Origin: Utricularia gibba | Taxonomy: Eukaryota; Plantae; Magnoliophyta | Length of the DNA: 19,325 bases | NCBI GenBank assembly: GCA_002189035.1 | Contig: NEEC01000332.1 | Location: 1 to 19,325, forward strand | Reading direction: 5' to 3' | In this document: one piece after another, positions 10,301-19,325 of the stretch | Layout of the letters: each line of letters opens with the position of its first letter | Numbering within the stretch: position 1 is the stretch's first letter | Notes under the pieces: model-generated | Databases searched by the model: none | What the model was told of the DNA's origin: nothing | The model's input: the letters and a program-made list of their open reading frames with translations, nothing else | Translations under genes and position numbers: made by a program

Positions 10301-13300
10301 TAACGTTGGGTTTTCGGCAGCTGCCTACATGGTTTCTGAAGGAAAAGCTTGTCGTTTTTGGGTGGGTGCTTTGTTGGAATTCGTCCGGACCCAAGGTTCG
10401 GTTCGACTCCTGAGCCCAATGGGGTCCTATTCGACGAAAATCGTGATGCATTTTTTGAAGTTAGGATGTCATGAGCACCCAAATGGTTTTCTCACAAGCT
10501 TTATATTTGAGGAGGCGCTCTCGAGGGGCACTAGGATCGGCCGGAGGTCGGGTCGGGCTCGGCCCATAGTCATTTGTAGCCCGGCAAAAAAAGTGATCCA
10601 TTTATTAACGTTGGGTTTTCGGCAGCTGCCTACATGGTTTGAAGGAAAAGCTTGTCGTTTTTGGGTGGGTGCTTTGTTGGAAATTCGTCCGGACCCAAGG
10701 TTCGGTTCGACTCCTGAGCCAATCGGGTCCTATTCGACGAAAATCGTGATGCATTTTTGAAGTTAGGATGTCATGAGCACCCCAAATGGTTTTCTCATCC
10801 ACAAGCTTTATATTTGAGGAGGCGCTCTCGAGGGGCACCGGGATCGGGCCGGAGGTCGGTCGGGCTCGGCCCATAGTCATTTGTAGCCCGGCAAAAAAAG
10901 TGATCCATTTATTAACGTTGGGTTTTCGGCAGCTGCCTACATGGTTTTGAAGGAAAAGCTTGTCGTTTTTGGGTGGGTGCTGTTGTTGGAAGTTCATCCG
11001 GACCCAAGGTTCGTTCGACTCCTGAGCCAACGGGTCCTATTCGACGAAAATCGTGATGCATTTTTTGAAGTTAGGATGTCATGAGCACCCAAATGGTTTT
11101 CTTCCACAAGCTTTATATTTGAGGAGGCGCTCTCGAGGGGCACAGGATCGGGCCGGAGGTCAGGTCGGCTCGGCCCATAGTCATTTGTAGCCCGGCAAAA
11201 AAGTGATCCATTTATTAACGTTGGGTTTTCGGCAGCTGCCTACATGGTTTGAAGGAAAAGCTTGTCGTTTTTGGGTGGTGCTTTTTTGGAAATTCGTCGG
11301 ACCAAGTTTCGGTTCGACTCCTGAGCCAATCGGTCCTATTCGACGAAAATCGTGATGCATTTTTTGAAGTTAGGATGTCATGAGCACCCAAATGGTTTTC
11401 TCAACCACATGCTTTTATTTGAGGAGGCGCTCTCGAGGGGCACTAGGATCGGGCCGGAGGTCATTCGGGCTCGGGCCCATAGTCATTTGTAGCCGGCAAA
11501 AAAAGTGATCCATTTATTAACGTTGGGTTTTCGGCAGCTGCAACATGGTTTCTGAAGGAAAAGCTTGTCGTTTTTGGTTGGGTGCTTTGTTGGGAACTTC
11601 GTCCGGACCAAGGTTCGGTTCGACTCCTGAGCCCAATCGGGTCCTATTCGACGAAAATCGTGATGCATTTTTGAAGTTAGGATGTCATGAGCACCCCAAA
11701 TGGTTTTCTCAACCACATGCTTTTTATTTGAGGAGGCGCTCTCGAGGGGCACTAGGATCGGCCGGAGGTCGGGTCGAACTCGGCCCATAGTCATTTGTAG
11801 CCGGCAAAAAAGTGATCCATTTATTAACGTTGGGTTTTCGGCAGCTGCCTACATGTTTCTGAAGGAAAAGCTTGTCGTTTTTGGGTGGGTGCTTTGTTGG
11901 GAAGTTCATCCGGACCAAGGTTCGGTTCGACTCCTGAGCCCAATCGGGTCCTATTCGACGAAAATCGTGATGCATTTTTGAAGTTAGGATGTCATGAGCA
12001 CCCCAAATGGTTTCTCATCCACAAGCTTTATATTTGAGGAGGCGCTCTCGAGGGGCACCGGGATCGGGCCGGAGGTCGGGTCGGGCTCGGCCATAGTCAT
12101 TTGTAGCCGGGCAAAAAAAGTGATCCATTTATTAACGTTGGGTTTTCGGCAGCTGCCTACATGGTTTCTGAAGGAAAAGCTTGTCGTTTTTGGGTGGGTG
12201 CTTGTTGGGAACTTCGTCCGGACCCAAGGTTCGGTTCGACTCTTGAGCCAATGGGTCCTATTCGACGAAAATCGTGATGCATTTTTTGAAGTTAGGATGT
12301 CATGAGCACCCAAATGGTTTTCTCCACAAGCTTTATATTTGAGGAGGCGCTCGAGGGGCACTAGGATCGGCCGGAGGTCGGTCGAACTCGGGCCCATAGT
12401 CATTTGTAGCCCGGCAAAAAAAAGTGATCCATTTATTAACGTTGGGTTTTCGGCAGCTGCCTAATGGTTTCTGAAGGAAAAGCTTGTCGTTTTTGGTGGG
12501 TGCTTTGTTGGGAATTCATCGGACCAAGGTTCGTTCGACCCTGAGCCCAATCGGGTCCTATTCGACGAAAATCGTGATGCATTTTTGAAGTTAGGATGTC
12601 ATGAGCACCCAAATGGTTTTCTTGTCCACAAGCTTTATATTTGAGGAGGCGCTCTCGAGGGCACTAGGATCGGCCGGAGGTCGGTCGAACTCGGCCCATA
12701 GTCATTTGTAGCCCGGCAAAAAAAGTGATCCATTTATTAACGTTGGGTTTTCGGCAGCTGCCTACATGGTTTCTGAAGGAAAAGCTTGTCGTTTTGGGGT
12801 TTTTGTAACTTCGTCCGGACCCAAGGTTCGGTTCGACTCCTGAGCCCAATCGGGTCTATTCGACGAAAATCGTGATGCATTTTTGAAGTTAGGATGTCAT
12901 GAGCACCCAAATGGTTTTCTCACCAGCTTTTATTTGAGGAGGCGCTCTCGAGGGGCACTAGGATCGGCCGGAGGTCGGGTCGAACTCGGGCCCATAGTCA
13001 TTTGTAGCCCGGCAAAAAAAGTGATCCATTTATTAACGTTGGGTTTTCGGCAGCTGCCTACATGTTTCTGAAGGAAAAGCTTGTCGTTTTTGGGTGGGTG
13101 CTTTGTTGGGAAGTTCGTCCGGACCAAGGTTCGGTTCGACTCCTGAGCCCAATGGGTCCTATTCGACGAAAATCGTGATGCATTTTTGAAGTTAGGATGT
13201 CATGAGCACCCAAATGGTTTTCTCCACAAGCTTTTATTTGAGGAGGCGCTCTCGAGGGCACTAGGATCGGGCCGGAGGTCGGTCGGCTCGGCCCATAGTC

Positions 13301-14530
13301 ATTGTAGCCGGCAAAAAAAGTGATCCATTTATTAACGTTGGGTTTTCGGCACTGCCACATGGTTTTGAAGGAAAAGCTTGTCGTTTTTGGGTGGGTGCTT
13401 TGTTGGAAATTCGTCGGACCAAGGTTCGGTTCGACTCCTGAGCCCAATGGGGGTCCTATTCGACGAAAATCGTGATGCATTTTTGAAGTTAGGATGTCAT
13501 GAGCACCCAAATGGTTTTCTCACAAGCTTTATATTGAGGAGGCGCTCTCGAGGGGCACAGGATCGGGCCGGAGGTCAGGTCGGGCTCGGCCCATAGTCAT
13601 TTGTAGCCCGGCAAAAAAGTGATCCATTTATTAACGTTGGGTTTTCGGCAGCTGCCTACATGGTTTCTGAAGGAAAAGCACATGCTTTTTATTTGAGGAG
13701 GCGCTCTCGAGGGGCACTAGGATCGGGCCGGAGGTCATCGAACTCGGGCCCATAGTCATTTGTAGCCCGGCAAAAAAAGTGATCCATTTATTAACGTTGG
13801 GTTTTCGGCAGCTGCCTACATGGTTTCTGAAGGAAAAGCTTGTCGTTTTTGGGGGTGCTTTTGGGAACTTCGTCCGGACCCAAGGTTCGGTTCGACTCCT
13901 GAGCCCAATCGGGTCCTATTCGACGAAAATCGTGATGCATTTTTTGAAGTTAGGATGTCATGAGCACCCAAATGGTTTTCTCAACCAAGCTTTTTATTTG
14001 AGGAGGCGCTCTCGAGGGGCACCGGATCGGGCCGGAGGTCATTCGGGCTCGGGCCCATAGTCATTGTAGCCCGGCAAAAAAGTGATCCATTTATTAACGT
14101 TGGGTTTTCGGCAGCTGCCTACATGGTTTCTGAAGGAAAAGCTTGTCGTTTTTGGGTGGGTGCTTTTTGGGAACTTCGTCCGGACCCAAGGTTCGGTTCG
14201 ACTCCTGAGCCAATCGGGTCCTATTCGACGAAAATCGTGATGCATTTTTTGAAAGTTAGGATGTCATGAGCACCCCAAATGGTTTTCTCAACCACAAGCT
14301 TTTTATTTGAGGAGGCGCTCTCGAGGGCACTAGGATCGGCCGGAGGTCGGTCGAACTCGGGCCCATAGTCATTTGTAGCCCGGCAAAAAAAGTGATCCAT
14401 TTATTAACGTTGGGTTTTCGGCAGCTGCCTACATGTTTCTGAAGGAAAAGCTTGTCGTTTTTGGGTGGGTGCTTTCGTTGGGAACTTCGTCCGGACCAAG
14501 GTTCGGTTCGACTCCTGAGCCCAATGGGTC
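7352..14530 (+). repeat. Mosaic zone of the same satellite: irregular A/B/C order and hybrid monomers
   Basis: A-type spacing becomes irregular (7352, 7973, 8892, ~10427, 11037, 11951, 13159, 13456). Several monomers pair left-half markers of one type with right-half markers of another (e.g. 7663, 8587, 10730, 11644, 11951, 12856). Confidence 0.75.
13456..13915 (+). repeat. 1.5-monomer unit created by a ~152-bp internal deletion (junction at 13679/13680)
   Basis: The sequence reads ...tttctgaaggaaaagc|acatgctttttatttgaggagg..., jumping from beta to the alpha of the next monomer. One CTATTCGACG anchor is missing, and the anchor-to-anchor distance is 460 bp instead of ~310. Confidence 0.92.
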
Positions 14531-17500
14531 CTATTCGACGAAAATCGTGATGCATTTTTGAAGTTAGGATGTCATGAGCACCCCAAATGGTTTTCTTGTC
14601 CACAAGCTTTATATTTGAGGAGGCGCTCTCGAGGGGCACCAGGATCGGGCCGGAGGTCGGTCGGGCTCGGCCCCATAGTCATTTGTAGCCCGGCAAAAAA
14701 AGTGATCCATTTATTAACGTTGGGTTTTCGGCAGCTGCCTACATGGTTTCTGAAGGAAAAGCTTGTCGTTTTTGGTTGGGTGCTTTGTTGGAAATTCGTC
14801 CGGACCCAAGGTTCGGTTCGACTCCTGAGCCCAATCGGGTCCTATTCGACGAAAATCGTGATGCATTTTTTGAAGTTAGGATGTCATGAGCACCCCAAAT
14901 GGTTTTCTCAACCACATGCTTTTTATTTGAGGAGGCGCTCTCGAGGGGCACTAGGATCGGGCCGGAGGTCGTCGAACTCGGGCCCATAGTCATTTGTAGC
15001 CCGGCAAAAAAAGTGATCCATTTATTAACGTTGGGTTTTCGGCAGCTGCCTACATGGTTTCTGAAGGAAAAGCTTGTCGTTTTTGGTTGGGTGCTTTGTT
15101 GGGAACTTCGTCCGGACCCAAGGTTCGGTTCGACTCCTGAGCCCAATCGGGTCCTATTCGACGAAAATCGTGATGCATTTTTGAAGTTAGGATGTCATGA
15201 GCACCCAAATGGTTTTCTCAACCACAAGCTTTTATTTGAGGAGGCGCTCTCGAGGGGCACTAGGATCGGGCCGGAGGTCGGGTCGAACTCGGGCCCATAG
15301 TCATTTGTAGCCCGGCAAAAAAAGTGATCCATTTATTAACGTTGGGTTTTCGGCAGCTGCCTACATGGTTTCTGAAGGAAAAGCTTGTCGTTTTTGGGTG
15401 GGTGCTTTGTTGGGAACTTCGTCCGGACCCAAGGTTCGGTTCGACTCCTGAGCCCAATCGGGTCCTATTCGACGAAAATCGTGATGCATTTTTTGAAGTT
15501 AGGATGTCATGAGCACCCAAATGGTTTTCTCAACCACATGCTTTTTATTTGAGGAGGCGCTCTCGAGGGGCACTAGGATCTGGCCGGAGGTCGGTCGAAC
15601 TCGGGCCCATAGTCATTTGTAGCCCGGCAAAAAAAGTGATCCATTTATTAACGTTGGGTTTTCGGCAGCTGCCTACATGTTTCTGAAGGAAAAGCTTGTC
15701 GTTTTTGGGTGGGTGCTTTCGTTGGAAGTTCGTCCGGACCCAAGGTTCGTTCGACTCCTGAGCCCAATGGGGTCCTATTCGACGAAAATCGTGATGCATT
15801 TTTTGAAGTTAGGATGTCATGAGCACCCCAAATGGTTTTCTTCCACAAGCTTTATATTTGAGGAGGCGCTCTCGAGGGGCACCAGGATCGGGCCGGAGGT
15901 CGGTCGGGCTCGGCCCCATAGTCATTTGTAGCCCGGCAAAAAAAGTGATCCATTTATTAACGTTGGGTTTTCGGCAGCTGCCTACATGGTTTCTGAAGGA
16001 AAAGCTTCGTTTTTGGTTGGGTGCTTTGTTGGAAATTCGTCCGGACCCAAGGTTCGGTTCGACTCCTGAGCCCAATCGGGTCCTATTCGACGAAAATCGT
16101 GATGCATTTTTTGAAGTTAGGATGTCATGAGCACCCCAAATGGTTTTCTCAACCACATGCTTTTTATTTGAGGAGGCGCTCTCGAGGGGCACTAGGATCG
16201 GGCCGGAGGTCGGGTCGAACTCGGGCCCATAGTCATTTGTAGCCCGGCAAAAAAAGTGATCCATTTATTAACGTTGGGTTTTCGGCAGCTGCCTACATGG
16301 TTTCTGAAGGAAAAGCTTGTCGTTTTTGGTGGGTGCTTTCATTGGGAACTTCGTCCGGACCCAAGGTTCGGTTCGACTCCTGAGCCCAATCGGGTCCTAT
16401 TCGACGAAAATCGTGATGCATTTATTGAAGTTAGGATGTCATGAGCACCCCAAATGGTTTTCTCAACCACAAGCTTTATTTGAGGAGGCGCTCTCGAGGG
16501 GCACTAGGATCGGGCCGGAGGTCGGGTCGAACTCGGGCCCATAGTCATTTGTAGCCCGGCAAAAAAAGTGATCCATTTATTAACGTTGGGTTTTCGGCAG
16601 CTGCCTACATGGTTTCTGAAGGAAAAGCTTGTCGTTTTTGGGTGGGTGCTTTCGTTGGAAGTTCGTCCGGACCCAAGGTTCGGTTCGACTCCTGAGCCCA
16701 ATCGGGTCCTATTCGACGAAAATCGTGATGCATTTTTTGAAGTTAGGATGTCATGAGCACCCCAAATGGTTTTCTCACACAAGCTTTATATTTGAGGAGG
16801 CGCTCTCGAGGGGCACTAGGATCGGGCCGGAGGTCGGTCGGGCTCGGGCCCATAGTCATTTGTAGCCCGGCAAAAAAAGTGATCCATTTATTAACGTTGG
16901 GTTTTCGGCAGCTGCCTACATGGTTTCTGAAGGAAAAGCTTGTCGTTTTTGGGTGGGTGCTTTCGTTGGAACTTCGTCCGGACCCAAGGTTCGGTTCGAC
17001 TCCTGAGCCCAATCGGGTCCTATTCGACGAAATCGTGATGCATTTATTGAAGTTAGGATGTCATGAGCACCCCAAATGGTTTTCTCAACCACATGCTTTT
17101 TATTTGAGGAGGCGCTCTCGAGGGGCACTAGGATCTGGCCGGAGGTCGGGTCGAACTCGGCCCATAGTCATTTGTAGCCCGGCAAAAAAAGTGATCCATT
17201 TATTAACGTTGGGTTTTCGGCAGCTGCCTACATGGTTTCTGAAGGAAAAGCTTGTCGTTTTTGGGTGGGTGCTTTCGTTGGGAACTTCGTCCCGGACCCA
17301 AGGTTCTTCGACTCCTGAGCCCAATGGGGTCCTATTCGACGAAAATCGTGATGCATTTTTTGAAGTTAGGATGTCATGAGCACCCCAAATGGTTTCTTTC
17401 CACAAGCTTTATATTTGAGGAGGCGCTCTCGAGGGGCACCAGGATCGGGCCGGAGGTCGGTCGGGCTCGGCCCATAGTCATTTGTAGCCCGGCAAAAAAA

Positions 17501-19325
17501 GTGATCCATTTATTAACGTTGGGTTTTCGGCAGCTGCCTACATGGTTTCTGAAGGAAAAGCTTGTCGTTTTTGGTGGGTGCTGTTGTTGGAATTCGTCCG
17601 GACCCAAGGTTCGGTTCGACTCCTGAGCCCAATCGGGTCCTATTCGACGAAAATCGTGATGCATTTTTTGAAGTTAGGATGTCATGAGCACCCCAAATGG
17701 TTTTCTCAACCACAAGCTTTTTATTTGAGGAGGCGCTCTCGAGGGGCACTAGGATCGGGCCGGAGGTCATTCGGGCTCGGGCCCATAGTCATTTGTAGCC
17801 CGGCAAAAAAAGTGATCCATTTATTAACGTTGGGTTTTCGGCAGCTGCCTACATGGTTTCTGAAGGAAAAGCTTGTCGTTTTTGGTGGGTGCTTTCATTG
17901 GGAACTTCGTCCGGACCCAAGGTTCGGTTCGACTCCTGAGCCCAATCGGGTCCTATTCGACGAAAATCGTGATGCATTTTTTGAAGTTAGGATGTCATGA
18001 GCACCCCAAATGGTTTTCTCAACCACAAGCTTTTTATTTGAGGAGGCGCTCTCGAGGGGCACTAGGATCTGGCCGGAGGTCGGTCGGGCTCGGGCCCATA
18101 GTCATTTGTAGCCCGGCAAAAAAAGTGATCCATTTATTAACGTTGGGTTTTCGGCAGCTGCCTACATGGTTTCTGAAGGAAAAGCTTGTCGTTTTTGGTT
18201 GGGTGCTTTCATTGGGAACTTCGTCCGGACCCAAGGTTCGGTTCGACTCCTGAGCCCAATCGGGTCCTATTCGACGAAAATCGTGATGCATTTATTGAAG
18301 TTAGGATGTCATGAGCACCCCAAATGGTTTTCTCAACCACAAGCTTTTTATTTGAGGAGGCGCTCTCGAGGGGCACTAGGATCGGGCCGGAGGTCGAACT
18401 CGGCCCATAGTCATTGTAGCCCGGCAAAAAAAGTGATCCATTTATTAACGTTGGGTTTTCGGCAGCTGCCTACATGGTTTCTGAAGGAAAAGCTTGTCTT
18501 TTTTGGGTGGGTGCTTTCATTGGGAACTTCGTCCGGACCCAAGGTTCGGTTCGACTCCTGAGCCCAATCGGGTCCTATTCGACGAAAATCGTGATGCATT
18601 TTTGAAGTTAGGATGTCATGAGCACCCCAAATGGTTTTCTCAACCACATGCTTTTTATTTGAGGAGGCGCTCTCGAGGGGCACTAGGATCGGCCGGAGGT
18701 CGGGTCGAACTCGGGCCCATAGTCATTTGTAGCCCGGCAAAAAAAGTGATCCATTTATTAACGTTGGGTTTTCGGCAGCTGCCTACATTGTTTCTGAAGG
18801 AAAAGCTTGTCGTTTTTGGTGGGTGCTTTCGTTGGGAAGTTCATCCGGACCCAAGGTTCGTTCGACTCCTGAGCCCAATGGGGTCCTATTCGACGAAAAT
18901 CGTGATGCATTTTTTGAAGTTAGGATGTCATGAGCACCCCAAATGGTTTTCTTCCACAAGTTTTATATTTGAGGAGGCGCTCTCGAGGGGCACCAGGATC
19001 GGGCCGGAGGTCAGGTCGGGCTCGGCCCCATAGTCATTTGTAGCCCGCAAAAAAAGTGATCCATTTATTAACGTTGGGTTTTCGGCAGCTGCCTACATGG
19101 TTTCTGAAGGAAAAGCTTGTCGTTTTTGGTGGGTGCTTTCATTGGGAACTTCGTCCGGACCCAAGGTTCGGTTCGACTTTTGAGCCCAATCGGTCCTATT
19201 CGACGAAAATCGTGATGCATTTATTGAAGTTAGGATGTCATGAGCACCCCAAATGGTTTTCTCAACCACAAGCTTTTTATTTGAGGAGGCGCTCTCGAGG
19301 GGCACTAGGATCGGGCCGGAGGTCG
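14531..19325 (+). repeat. Longer-period HOR zone: one 4-mer then two 5-mers (A followed by several B-like monomers, ending in a C-type right half)
   Basis: A-type monomers (ggcaccagg, gggctcggccc) start at 14531, 15775, 17332 and 18886, giving spacings of 1244, 1557 and 1554 bp. Each is preceded by a C-type right half (ctttcgttg..., aatggg(g)tcc). Confidence 0.75.

Larger units (their letters stand above)
1..19325. repeat. Tandem satellite DNA array, ~313-bp monomer, ~63 copies, single orientation, running off both window ends
   Basis: Anchor CTATTCGACGAAAATCGTGATGCA recurs at 1, 310, 619, ~923, 1229, 1535, 1838, 2142, 2451 ... 18575, 18886, 19196 with no unique spacer. Hand consensus: ctattcgacgaaaatcgtgatgcattttttgaagttaggatgtcatgagcaccccaaatggttttctcaaccacaagctttttatttgaggaggcgctctcgaggggcactaggatcgggccggaggtcgggtcgaactcgggcccatagtcatttgtagcccggcaaaaaaagtgatccatttattaacgttgggttttcggcagctgcctacatggtttctgaaggaaaagcttgtcgtttttgggtgggtgctttgttgggaacttcgtccggacccaaggttcggttcgactcctgagcccaatcgggtc (314 nt). 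Confidence 0.99.

Noticed and set aside
15717-15733. CENP-B-box-like TTTCGTTGGAAGTTCGT (also ~9753 and ~16650); the first 12 nt match YTTCGTTGGAAR
   Set aside because: The essential CGGG half is missing (6 of 9 core positions match). Most C-type copies read TTGGGAA, so the match may depend on a homopolymer error.
85-19305. All ORFs in the supplied track (60-208 aa; recurring peptides such as IVICSPAKK, GAHDILTSK, STKIVMHFLK)
   Set aside because: They are translations of the satellite in all six frames. They start and stop according to homopolymer indels, repeat with the monomer period, and show no recognisable protein domain.
1-19325. CRISPR-like array
   Set aside because: There are no unique spacers; the entire 313-bp unit is repeated, and no cas genes are present.
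1-19325. Embedded transposon, inversion or true telomere tract
   Set aside because: Every segment maps to the monomer in the same orientation. There is no foreign insert, terminal repeat or (TTTAGGG)n run.

Overview
The whole window is one uninterrupted head-to-tail satellite DNA array, all in one orientation. It holds about 63 monomer-equivalents of a ~313-bp unit (observed ~299-314 bp; ~50% GC by hand count of my consensus). I see no credible protein-coding gene, RNA gene, transposon or CRISPR array; every listed ORF is a recurring, frameshifted translation of the repeat. The structure is layered. (1) Each monomer is an old dimer of two ~156-bp subunits, alpha and beta, about 60% identical by eye. 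(2) Monomers fall into variant types A, B and C. They form a regular ABC trimer higher-order repeat (HOR, ~919 bp, 8 copies) at 1-7351, break down into a mosaic of hybrid monomers at ~7352-14530, and re-form as 4-mer then 5-mer units (~1244, ~1555 bp) at 14531-19325. (3) One ~152-bp deletion at ~13679 joins a beta subunit almost in register to the homologous point of the next alpha subunit. Unit length and composition resemble plant satellites; the ~313-bp Silene X43.1/SacI subtelomeric family is a candidate on length alone and is unverified. Much of the homopolymer variation looks like long-read error. I found no new gene system; what is of interest is satellite architecture.
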